A stretch of 64,000 nucleotides of DNA, from positions 1,800,001 to 1,864,000 of the forward strand of contig NC_045698.1 in assembly GCF_009834535.1 (NCBI RefSeq), read 5' to 3'. The stretch comes from Camelus ferus. Lineage: Eukaryota. Under the pieces are notes generated by a model, which did not search any database, was not told where the DNA came from, and saw only the letters and a list, made by a program, of their open reading frames with translations. This document shows, in pieces, positions 48,811 to 60,419 of this stretch; position 1 is the stretch's first letter, and each line of letters starts with the position of its first letter. Made by a program: the position numbers and the translations under genes.

Positions 48811-50374
48811 AGAGTGCAGGCATCAGTGAGAGCTCTGTGGTTTAGACAAATGTCCCCACCAGGAGCCTGCACCTCCGGGATGAGGCTGAGGCCACGGGGG
48901 TCGTCCCCTGCTCACCTCCAGCTCCTGGCACTGGGGGGGCTGTGACAGACATCGGGTGCTGTCAGGATTTTTACAGCGAAGTCGCCAGAGGACGTGAAAC
49001 GTGAATGGCCCTTCTTCCGCCCAGTGCAGTCACTTCTGTGGAGTTTGCCTTCAGGGGGATCGTCTCATTGACGAGTTACGTTTAAGTGACTCTAGGCAAT
49101 GGAGATAAGATTTTTTTAAATGAGTGATGGAAAACACACATACTCTGAACTTAAATTGTCTATACGAACATATGGCTTTACCTGGGGAGCTGGGGACCTT
49201 CCCCTCTGTCTGAGTGTTCAACCACCCTTTCTTTCTCTTAAAGGAAAAGTCCAGGTGACCAAGAAGCCCCCAGGTCCGTGTGTCCACGTCCCGCCCAGTC
49301 CCTGGGCGGCTCATCCTCCCTCACAACCGGGAGCTGCAGGACAGCGGTGCCCCTCTTGATGCCCCGCGAGCTTCTTCCCGAGGGGCGGGCAGCGGGCTCT
49401 GTGGCTTTCTGCGCACTCCTGTTCTTGGCAGAGCCTGTCCTGCCTCCAGACCAGAGTCCACGTGGAAATGGACTTCACTGTGCTCATGAGGTACGATTTT
49501 AGTCCCAGGACCTCAGGTAGATCTGGAGACAGGGTCCCCAGACTTCACTAAACACAGCCCCCTAGGTGCTGGTGGCTGATTCAGTCTCTGTCTCCTCAGT
49601 TCCACCCAGAGAGCTGAGACGGCCACACACCAGCTGGTCCTCGTCAAGCAGGTGGGCTCCACTGCTTGGAGGGCCCAGTGGCAAGGACGGAAGAAAAGCA
49701 AGACACAGAACGGCTCCTTGTCACTCAGCCGTCATGGGTTTACGATGTAGCTTAGATCATGGTGGCTCCCAGCTCAGAGCCTCAGCAGGGCTTCTCATCA
49801 GGCTGAGTAAAACTCAGAACCCACGTGTGCCCTACCGCCCGGCCCCCATCACCTGCCTTTCCTTTCCCTCCAGCAGGGGCTCCGCACTCCTGCGGGTCCC
49901 ACTCCCCACCCCCCTACCAGAAATCTCCCTCCTGCTCCTCCCGGGAACCCTGCCCTCTTCACTTGGGACTTGGCCGGTGGTCCTCCGAGCCCACCCCTCT
50001 GTGCACAACCGCATTTTCCCAGTGAGCTTCAGAGGGGGCCTTACGTGCTTGTCCGCTGACCTGCTTGCGGTTCCCCCCCGCCCCGCGTCCTCTCCGCAGG
50101 GACCCCTGGCCCAGCTCTGCCTGGAGAAGGCCCTGGCCCCTCCGCAGGGGAATCAGCGCTCGAGTGGGGCTGCCTTTTCTGGGGACGAGGCAGGTGGGGG
50201 CGTGGGGTGACCTGCTGGACCCTGTCCCTTCCAGGGGTCCGTGCGCCCCCAGCCCCCACCCCAGTGCGCACAGCTGGCAGCGGGCCATGAGACGGGAGGA
50301 GCCGCACTGGAACGACGACCCGCAGCAGGCGGGCAGGCGGTGCAGCTAGTCCGGCTGCACAGGGCGGGCGGGCT

Positions 50375-50482
50375 GAGGGTCAAGGGCAGACGCAGGAGCC
50401 GAACTCTGGACGCCAAGTCCCAGCTCAGCCGCCCACACTTGGGCAGGCCACCGAATCTCTCTGTGCCTCCGTTTCCCCAGAT
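50375..50482 (+). mobile_element. MIR fragment (GC-shifted)
   Basis: gggtcaagggcagacgcaggagcc...aagtcccagctc...cttgggcaggccaccgaatctctctgtgcctccgtttccccagatg. Confidence 0.6.
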
Positions 50483-50949
50483 GCCTCTGGCCAGCCTTCT
50501 CCATCCGGGAGCTCTGTCTGAGGCGTGGTCATGACGGTCGTCGCCGGGGAAGGAAGCGCGCGGCAGTTAAGGTGGGGTTCCTCCTACGTGGCAGGGGGAG
50601 GGGCCAGACCAGCTCCCAGACCCCTCAGGCCCCGGTTCCTCCGCGGTCAGAGTCCGGCGTGGACGCCCAGGCGGGAACCAGCCCGGGGCAGCTGCGAGCT
50701 GGAGCTGGGTGGGGCCTCACGGCTAAGCCCCAGCGGGGACCCTGCCCCCGCTGAGAGGACCTGGGGCTGAGCGTCACCCTTCACAAGCCCTGTGAGTTTG
50801 TACCAAGTGCATGTGTTACCTACCCAGGACTAATCTGTTTTTTTTTACTTAATTAAAAAATTTTAGAATTTTAATTTAAAATCGCCACGAACAGGGCCAC
50901 CAGACTTCTAGGAGTTTGTCCCAGGAGTTAATATTTACTATCTTTTTCC

Positions 50950-51090
50950 CAGCCGGTTTCACTACGGCGCTAGCAGTGGGGGCGGGGCGGGGGCGCACGG
51001 ACGACAGCGGGCTGCCGGAGGGGCGCCGTCCGTCCGCAGGGAGGCGCGCACAGGCGGGGCCGCGCCTGCCGGGAGCGCGCGCTCCACCGA
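50950..51090. promoter_or_regulatory. Small CpG-dense patch with GC boxes
   Basis: ggggcggggcgggggcgc, ggcgcgca, ggcggggcc and the 14-bp palindrome GGAGCGCGCGCTCC (51072-51085). Shorter than a canonical CpG island. Confidence 0.35.
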
Positions 51091-51904
51091 TCTGGGGGCT
51101 CCAGGTGGAACTCTCTCATTGGCACCTGATGAAGGACTCCATCTTCCTTTGTACAGAAAAGCAGAGTCCTAAGGGTGTCTGTGACCAACTCAGGGACAGA
51201 CATTTTGGGGGGAAATGGAGCTTAATTGAACTAAGCGGGATTTGGGAGCTACTTGGTCTCATCTGTCAGCCACATCTGAGGGGAGCGGGAGGTGCCCCTC
51301 TTCACTGGCAAAGGGGTGCAGTGATGGATTCTCTTCTGCAAGGATCTGTGGCTCCTCCTGACTCACAGGAGTAACGGGCACGAGGGACTCTGACCGTCCA
51401 AGTGGCCCCATACACGCTGATGAAGGGACAGCCGCCACCATGCCACTGGGCTCCAGCGAGCTCCTGGCGCCTGAGTGAGCTGAGAGTCTGCGTTTGCAGT
51501 GGGCCGGGGACGGGTGTGACTCCCGCTGGCCATGGGAGAGGGGCGTGAGGTGTTGCCCCCGCTGTCTCCTCACGAGCACAGTTAAGTAAGTTTGACACCA
51601 GCCTTGGTCCTGGCCTAATCTGCCTCTGTCCTCAGCAGGAATCGCCTGACTGCTTTTTACCTTCTAGAGCTGGTCATCCGGGGCTCCGACTTGCAACGGA
51701 AATGCTCAGACCATGTACAACTCTGTTGTATGTGTGCTGTGGCTACACGTGCCCAGTGTTTCACGGAGTCCCAGACCAGCACACTCATGTCTCTGTACCA
51801 TCACAGCTCCTGCAGGTGAGTCTCTGCTACCTACTGCTGGTGCACGCACGAGTGTGTCCATCCCGGCCGACATCAGGCGCGCTGGCCAGTGCACCGCTGC
51901 TAAT

Positions 51905-52094
51905 GTCAGTGCGTGTGTCAGAGCTGGCGTCAGTGCGTGTACCAGAGCTGGTGTCAGTGAGTGTGTAAGAGTTGGCATCAGTGAGTGTGTCAGATCTCAC
52001 GTCAGTGAGTGTGTCAGAGCCGGCGTCGGTGCGTGTCAGAGCTGGCGTCGGTGCGCGTGTCAGAGCCCGCGTCGGTGCGCGTGTCAGAGGCGGC
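51905..52094. repeat. 24-bp minisatellite, 8 copies (GTCRGTGMGYGTGTCAGAGCYGGC)
   Basis: Units start at 51905, 51929, 51953, 51977, 52001, 52025 (22 bp), 52047 and 52071. Confidence 0.92.
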
Positions 52095-54684
52095 GCCGGC
52101 GAGGCTATTGCCGGCCAGGCGGGGTCCTCGGAGGCTGGCTCTGCCTACCTCATTTAGCAGGGCAGCCACCTGAAGAGGGAGGCTCTGCCATTATCTTCAG
52201 GTAAATGAGGAAACTCAAAGTTGACGACGAGGAAAGCAGAGGGCAGGGACGGGGACACGAGGACGACACTCTGCAAACCCCAGGCTCGGGGCAGCCTAAC
52301 AGCAGGCCAGGAGCCTCGCCCCTCCCGCTCCCGTCCGCAGTCTGCCGGCTGTGCGAAGGCGGGGAGGGAGGTCCTGTCCTGGGCTGGCCGCGGGGGTGGA
52401 GGAGGGGGCAGCATCGCTCTGACAGAGACCAGAGACTGAGTGCCACTGAGACCTCAGCCTGGGTGCCAGGCCTGCCTCGGGCCGTGATCCACACCCTCCT
52501 GACGCCAAGCAGGGACGGCACCTCCAGCTGGGAGCGAGTGGGCCACAAGAAGTAGCCGAGTCCACGTAGGCCTGTTTCCAGCTCCACTGTGGCTGTCAGC
52601 CTCCTCAGGTCCTTGCTCCGCGGGTTCTGTCCCCCGGGATGTGGGCCAGTGCGGATTCGATGAGTGGGTTTTGATGGGCATCCGTTCTCGCCTCCACGCT
52701 TGCCTCTCTCCCCGTGTCAGCCCAGCTTCTGCAGCCACAGGGCTGCCCTCCGCTCCACAGCCAGGCGGGACCGGCCAGCGGGTGGGCCAGGGCCCGGGCT
52801 GCTCGTCCTGCCGTGAAGGCGCTCGGGGCACCAGCAGTCACCGTGATGCCGCACAGAGTGGAAAGCTGTGCAGGATGTCAGAATTTGAACAAAGTGCCCC
52901 TGAGTAATGCATCCCTGGGCGGCACCCAAGGCGGCCGGCAGGGCTGCGGTCACTGTGCAACACGGGGGCACAGGGAAGTGACACTTACGTCCCACTTTGC
53001 CCACACGTGTTTACAAATGGAAGCAGCTCCACTTTGAGCTTCAGACATGAGTGGGCACATCCTGACACGACTCATCTGTGAGGCTGGCAGGCAGGGTGTG
53101 CGGTGTTAAAAATTGATAAAGAAACTGCTTTTTATTTGAAGACCCACAGCGACAAAGCTCTCTGTGCGGCGCCTGGAAGAGAGAACGCTGGAACATCACA
53201 AGGCTGCGGGACCCATCAGCGAAAACCTCAGCGCTGTCCTCTGCAGCACCACGGCCACGACAGACGCAGGGCACTGAGCCTAAGAAGCCAGTTGGCTGCG
53301 TTTTGTTTGGCCTGTATCCTGGGATGGAGTCAGGACAGTGGGGATGTGGTGGGGACTGCAGTGGGGCCAGGAAAACCTCAGACTGGACTTTCAGGGTGGC
53401 AGTGGGAACGTGCCATCCATTTCCCCCAGAAGGAGCTGGCTGTCCTGGAAAGTCCAACCTCCTAACAACGGAAGAGAGAAACATGAAGAAGATCGTTGCT
53501 TTCACTTGCAGAAGAGGAAGGCGCACACTTTGGGCTCATGTTTGGTGGCCTGGTGCAGAGAGAGGGCAGCTCAGGGACCTTCGCCAGGGCGCCAGGATGC
53601 CAGGACGGTCCAGGCCGACCGGTCCGAAGTGAACTGCAGAATACATTGGTGGCCCTTTAGTGTGCAGAGCGGGAGCCTGGAGTGTGTCTGGGACTCCAGA
53701 GGCCGAGGGGGAGGACGCCTTTTCAGTCTCTGAGCTCAGCACAGCCCTGCCTCCCGTCTGCCCTCCCGGCTTCAATATGATTGACCGGGAAGAGGCTGAA
53801 TTCCGGGCCCAGGCGGGAGCCTCTGGGCTCGCTCAGAACCAGGGGGACATTGGGAGCTCCACGCAGGAAAGGTGGGGCTGGGGGCTCCCGGGGGACCTTG
53901 AGTTCCTGTAACCTGGCTCCCAGGAGGGCGTCCTTGTCCCCTACAGGCACCTGCAGGCGGAAGGAAAGTTTTCTCCCATTCTCTGCTGCCTTGGCCCTGT
54001 CCATCAGAAACTGAGACTTCTCAGTTGAACATCTTGGTGTCTGGGAGTTTGAGTGACATAAGCACGTCATGAGTGTTCTTAGGGGAAAAAGAAAAAGATC
54101 CTAAATGTCGGAGAATGTGGGCAGGCTGTGACTGGCAGGGCCATGCGGGGAATTATCAGGACGATTCTGAAGCTGGTGTCATCTTCCTCTCTCTCTCCTC
54201 AACTGGAGCAACTTCATAATCGTTTTTATAGTTAAAAGCCACTTAAAGATTTCTATTGATGTTTTCCTTCTTAAAGATGATGAGTGACATGTGCGGGGGG
54301 GACGTGGCATCTCTGTCTCTAACTGGGTGCACGAGACTGTGTGACTCAGAGAGTCTGACCTCGCCAACTCTCAAGGTGGCCGAGCCACGCTTCCCATGGG
54401 AATGAGCTCTTGTGTCCCGCCCACAGAAGGCATCACGGGTCTCTGGCGGCTTCCTGCTCCGAGCTCACTGGGAAAACGCAAAGGGGGGGGTGATTTCCAT
54501 CTGTGCAGAGACTCCCCAGGTAACCCTGCAGGCAGGGCCCGCAGCCCTGACTGGCGGAGGGAAGACAGGGGAGGGCGAAGAGGATGAGAGCGTTCTCAGG
54601 TTTCGCTGATGCTCGGGGCAGCTGCACACACCACCAGGCTGCTGGCTCTCCAGAGCCCTGGGTCTCACCCGAAGACAGTGATGG

Positions 54685-54713
54685 TCAGGGCTAGGGTTAG
54701 GGTCAGGGTCAGG
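54685..54713 (+). repeat. Short telomere-variant hexamer tract
   Basis: TCAGGG CTAGGG TTAGGG TCAGGG TCAGG. Confidence 0.7.
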
Positions 54714-54974
54714 TGGGAGACGGGGGACACGGTGGGATGTCTTTGCACCTGAAGGTGCTTAAACGGGTCACTTTCTGAGTCACAAAGGCTTCCAAGCTCC
54801 GGAGTCACCGAGGACGGTAGTGGTATCTACTTCACAGGTGGTCATGAAGGCTGATCCCAGCTGTTCCATGGCCACTGAGGGAAGGGGGTTCTCCTGACGC
54901 CAGGGAGGTCCTTGGGGATTGCTTAGCCGATGGCCATGACCGCCTGGTTCCTGGTGTTGCGAGACCAAGAGAAA

Positions 54975-56080
54975 AGCTAGAATTACTACTGACAGATGAC
55001 ACAATGATCCTCCCAGAAAAAAATAACAGATTTATTAGACAAACTGTTAAAACCAATAAGTTCAGAAAGTTTGCCAGATGCAAAAATCCGTAGCACATTT
55101 CTGAAGCAGTGATGGCATTCAAAGGCACAAATTATTTACAGTGGCCACAGAAACTATAAATATCTGGAATTCATAGTACCAGGCACACACAATATCTCTG
55201 TCAAGAAGCATTTGAAGTTTTGACATAGGACAGAGAATCTGATCTGAATAAACGGGGGAAATTTTCTCTGCTCCGAGCTGGGACAGCTTCACATTTAAAG
55301 ATGCCAATTCCCTCAAAGTTAGTCTGTAAGATGAACGAAAGCCCAGCTCACATTCTAGATTGATGTGCTGTAAATTCAAAATCTAATTGAAGAATAAACC
55401 TTCATGAAGACCTATGCAAACCTTGTAGAACGGAAGACAGTGTTCCAGCCCTCCCGGATGTTAAGGCACACACCACCCTGACCATAAACACAGGGCAGCG
55501 CTGGCATAAGAGTGGGCAAAGTGCAGGGGACCCAGCAGAGAGCTCAGAGGTACAGCCGTGCACCGACAAGGACAAAATCTATGGCAAAGGTGGCACCGAC
55601 ATCAACAGAGAGTGGATCTGTGGTTTGGCAGAGGGTCCTGGGGGACGAGACTTGCTATTTGAGAAAAATGAAACTGGCTCCTTTCCTCATACCGCATGCA
55701 GTGGCGGGCTCAAGAGAAAGGCGTAAATGTGAAGTGCACAGCTCCAGGCTGGCGGGGAACTGGGGGCCATGCGGAGACTGAGAGTAGGGAAGGACTCCAG
55801 AAACACAACTCCGCAAGCACAGACCCTCGGAAGCACAAAGTGATGCCAGCACTCTGACAGGCACACGAGGGAGCGGTCGGGTCAGAGGCAGGTTGGGGCG
55901 TGAGGGCCGGGGGTCTAGGAGGAGAGTGGGCAGATGTGTTGTCTACTCATATCTCCAGGGAACCCTTAAGCCAAACACTCAGAAAGGGGGTCAACCCCAG
56001 TGATGGAGTACGTGGGAAAACGCTTTGGGAAGAGCCCGTTGTAAGGTCGTACATTCATTAGGCAAAGTAACTGTGAAGTG
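54975..56080 (+). mobile_element. Very old LINE-1 (L1ME-like) ORF2 fragment
   Basis: ttactactgacagatgacacaatg (decayed F-A-D-D, here TDD at 54992-55000), aataagttcagaaagtttgccagat, aaagatgccaattccctcaaagttagtct, gagaaaaatgaaactggctcctttcctcataccgcat. Confidence 0.65.
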
Positions 56081-57044
56081 TCAGACCATGTCAGCCTTAA
56101 ATCTCCCCTCATGTGGCTGAGACTGTCTCTTCCCTATAATTTTCTGGAATCATAGTGGACAGAGATTCAATTATTCTTGAACACATGAACTCTAATGGGC
56201 TAAAACACCAGACTCTTTCTTATTCATGGGCGTATATATTGTTAATTGTCTTTTAGAGAGTCATTAGGAAGGGACAATTGAGTAACGATTACATTTTCTT
56301 TTAAAGCTGTAATTAAACATAACGCTTCCGTGTTTGATTTCAGGTTTCCTTCACAGATTGAGCGCGGCGGCTGCATTGCTAAGACCTGGCACTCAGGCAG
56401 CCGATCCCCCGTCTTCACTGGCCGGGAGGGGGTCAAAGAGCAGCAGCTCCAGGACATTGTGAGCCCCTCTGACCTTCCCCACAGCTTGTGGAAGTGGTTC
56501 AAAAATCACACATCATTAAATAAATGAGTTCTTCTCCAAGGAGGAAGGAGTGAAGTCAGTGAAGCTAATTAGTAAACAGGAGGTCCCACAAGAAAGTCGG
56601 CGTGTGAGTCTGTGGCTCATCAGACTGATGGCAGAGGCACCAGACGGACGGACTCCACAGAATAGAGCTGCTATTGGCGTCTGGATCCAGCAGAACCGGG
56701 CTCAAACCCACTGCTCACTCACTGCGTGCCCTGGAGCGAAGCACGCCGTCTTCACCGGGTCTCCATTTCTGACCTTGCAGAACTGTCCTCAGGGTGGAGG
56801 TAAATGAGGTCAGTGGACAGTGCTGGTGGCAGTGACTGCATTATTGTAATTATTACTGCTCTCTGGGAGCAAATGAGGGTAAAGACAGGTCATTCAGGAT
56901 CACTCGGTCAGACAAGACAAACAAATATGACACCAAAATGAACAATAGTTGGACAGGATTACTTAAGAAAGAGTGACAGGTTTTATGAGATCTGCCTAAC
57001 AAGCATGCTGCTACAAAGTCTATAAACTACAGCACATCGATGTC

Positions 57045-57314
57045 AGAAAAAGACTTACAGACACAGAAAACAAACTCATGGCCACCAGAGGGGACAGGGG
57101 GAAGGGAAGTAAATTGGGAGTTGGGATCAACAGATACAGACTACGGTGCACGGAACAGATAAACAACAAGGTGCTATTGTATCCACAGAGAACTATATTC
57201 AGTGGCTTGTAGCAGCCCATAATGAAAAAGAAAACATATACACGTGTAACTGAATCACTGTGCTGTACACCAGGAACCAACACAACACTATAAATCAACT
57301 CTGCTTCGGTTAAA
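57045..57314 (+). mobile_element. LINE-1 3' UTR fragment (cetartiodactyl type)
   Basis: agacttacagacacagaaaacaaactcatgg...aacagataaacaacaagg...gtaactgaatcactgtgctgtacaccaggaaccaacacaacactataaatcaact. Confidence 0.85.
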
Positions 57315-58319
57315 ACAATGGTTAAGAACTACAGCATAAAAATCTCTACCCAGTGTCAGGAGAAGCTCTTCTTCCCCAGGGGCGGGGAGCCTGCCGCTTC
57401 TCACTCCGCCCCTGCAGGCGGCCCTACAGGTCCCTGCAGGCCCTGCTCCAGACCTGCCTTCTTTACGGCACTTCCAGCAGAGTGCTGGGCTAAAGGAGTC
57501 TCCAGTAAATAAATCCACTCATAGCTCCGCAGACACACCCGTGGTGGCAGATAAGTGAGCAGGGATGTCTCATCAGATCAGCACCAGGGTCAGCGCTCTC
57601 TTCTCGCTGGTTATCAGCTGTGTGTTGTGTGTGTGTGTGTAATCATGGAGATTGCATCCTGGGGCAGCATCAGCGCAGCCAGAATTAGTTTAGACCTGTT
57701 ACCAGGGTGAGGAACAAGCCATTTCTGTCTTATCTCTTGCTCTCGGTGATACCCGGTCCTCCTGCCTCTCTCTGTGCTCCCAAGGGTGATGCCACCTTTG
57801 GCCTCTCCAGCTTCTAGCTCTGTTACCAATGGTTTCGAATCCTTGTCCCCATCCTGGAGAAGCCTGGTCCTTAGTCATTGTCCTTCAGTGATAGAAATGG
57901 GTTTTCCCCAAACCATAGACTTTTGACCTTTGGCTGCCAGTGAATGTTGGAGATTAGCTGGCTAATACTGATGTTAGATATTTACAGATTTAGGGATAAA
58001 ATGTCAGCTCCTATTGTAAATATTCAAAGGTGTTGATTGCAGTTATGTTTAATGACACATGGATGTGTGCTTTTTTATACTCTCCACCCCACATTTTCAG
58101 CACTGTATTCTTTGTTCCAGCTGTGTCCTAGTCATCCATGCGAGCACGGACACCGCCCGCCATTACCTGCACAGCAGCTCCGAAGGAGACTGTTAATACT
58201 CGGGCTGGTGCCAGCAGAGGATCAGGATGACGCTGTCAGGTCTAGGGCCCATCTCCAGGACCCCTGCGCTGCTGGCTCTGCTGTGGCCCCCGTCACTTGC
58301 TCTGCACTCCTTCAAGGGG

Positions 58320-58420
58320 TTGTACTTCCTTGTTCCCCCACAGCAGGTGTGGCCATGTGACTTGTCTTGGCCAGTGAAATGCCAGTGGAAATGTCACATG
58401 CCATTTCCATCAGGGAGATG
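58320..58420 (+). mobile_element. Old MLT1-type LTR fragment
   Basis: gtggccatgtgacttgtcttggccagtgaaatgccagtggaaatgtcacatgccatttcc. Confidence 0.6.
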
Positions 58421-60419
58421 ACTGTACTAGGACTATGGGTACCTGTCGGCTGGTCCTTTCACCAGAGCAAATCAATCACAAATGAATTACCGGGAAGTAA
58501 CCAAAGCAGCTACGGGAGCTCAGAGGCTGCATGCCCACTGTACCAGCGGTCCCAGCTCCAGAGACCCTCGTGCTCTGGCTTATCTGGGACCCTCCTGGCT
58601 CTGCAAGCCCTGAGCAGCTGACACAGCGTTAATGGGCTAAGTCAGGAGACATGTGAGCTTGTTTGGTGGGGCTGTGCAGAACAAAAGCTGAAGGCAGGAT
58701 GCAGTGCTCCAAGGTCAGGGAGATTCTGAATCAGCTTCAGAAAAGCATTTTGCAAGAAGCAAAAGCAAAAGAGGTTCAGTGGTCTGGTTCTTTAAGACCC
58801 GACACCACTGTGCAGACTGCAGCCCAACAACAGCGTCACCCTGGGTGCCAGCGGTCTGCCCAGCCCACACGGAATCTCCGGTCTCACCACCGGCCCTGGG
58901 GCAGCTGGCTCAGGGGCCACCACCCAGGCCACAGGGGAGCAGACCAATGCCCAGACGTGCTGCTGAAGTGTCTGCACACCAACCAGGAGTCAAGGATGGA
59001 ATCACCAATCCTCTGCCTGTCCACTCCTCCTCCACCCACACTTTGTGAGCTTGAATGTGTAAGTGAATGCAAGTGTGTGTGTGTGTGAGAGTGTGAGTGC
59101 ACATGTGAGTATTGCAATCACATCTGCAGTTTTGAATCCCTCCCGGGAAGCAGCAGAAGAACAGAAAGCCATAAACTTTGCCAGAGCAGTTTCTGTGGAG
59201 GGTTAAGAGTTGGTATAGAAGGCAACATGTGGAAGACTGAAACTGAACAAAAGATGATGAAAGTATGGGCTTTGTGTCTAAACACCACTCCCCAGCATCA
59301 AAACAGGAGAAGCAAAACAAAGGGAAAATAATTTTTTTAAAAAAGAAATACCATCTTCAATTAAACAGAGACATTTCCAAAACGACCAACTACAAACCAG
59401 GAAGACAATAAGCCAAATCCTGTGAAAATGTGCCAGATCTTCAACAATGACACATATGTGACAACCATTACCAAATATGTTGTTTTAAGTGCATTGAGAA
59501 CTAGGGCTGTAGCTGGACCATGGGAAAGCAAACCCAGTTCAATATCAAGGAATGTCAGGGAAGTGCAAGCTTATGGGGAAATTATGCTGACAAGCATTTC
59601 CACCATCTACAGCTTGGCTTCCTTGAGGAGGAACTGACTCTGGGGGCATAGAAGTGAGGCCAGAGGAGGAGACAGCATGGCCCAGCAGCACTGTGGAGAG
59701 CTTGTGCAGGAAATGCCTGGAAATTAGGGCATGAACTTCTCAGATAAAATGATTATCAGATTTCTCAAGATTTATATGAGACATCAAGTCCCATTAAAAG
59801 CTAAATATTTTTCCAAATATTTTTCCACTTTTCCCTTCCTAGGCTCTCTTTCAGAGATCTGGGCATCACAAAATGAGTAATAATCACGAAGAAATCAAAA
59901 TGAGACCTGGTCCAATAGTTGAGAAAATAAAAGAAGAAAAGTAATATAAGCATTAAAAAAAGTAAATGAATAATATACATGAAAAAACTATCTAAAGAGT
60001 TCAGACTATTGGTTCACCATAATCTCAAAGAAATTGTAGATCATATCAGCTATTAAAACATGAACTAAAATGTAAACATAAATATTTAAAAGGGAGACTA
60101 TACAATCATAGAAGAAAGAAATAAGTGAATTTACAGAATTCTGGAAATAAATTTAAGAGAAAGGTAGACATTTACAGAAATTAAAATTATAAACAAACCA
60201 AGGAAAAAATAAAATAAAAAATAAAAGATATGGTAAATAGGCTTCAGGAAAGCATGCTATATTAAACATAGTAGATATTTGCCATTTGTCATTAACTTTG
60301 CCCACCCAACCTATGAATTTCTCTCAATGTTTGATGAGTATCTTATTTTATGCCAGATTGCTTGCCTAGATTCCCTTGCAAATCAGACAAAGTAGAGTGA
60401 TTTGGGTTTTGCCAATAAA

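Noticed and set aside
49566..50534. Cluster of overlapping 90-214 aa ORFs
   Set aside because: Stop-codon depletion in very GC-rich DNA; Pro/Arg/Gly/Ala-biased with no domain and no coherent exon structure.
51713..52204. Repetitive Cys/Val-rich 163-aa ORF and CRISPR-like periodicity
   Set aside because: Head-to-tail minisatellite with no unique spacers and no cas genes, in a eukaryotic context.
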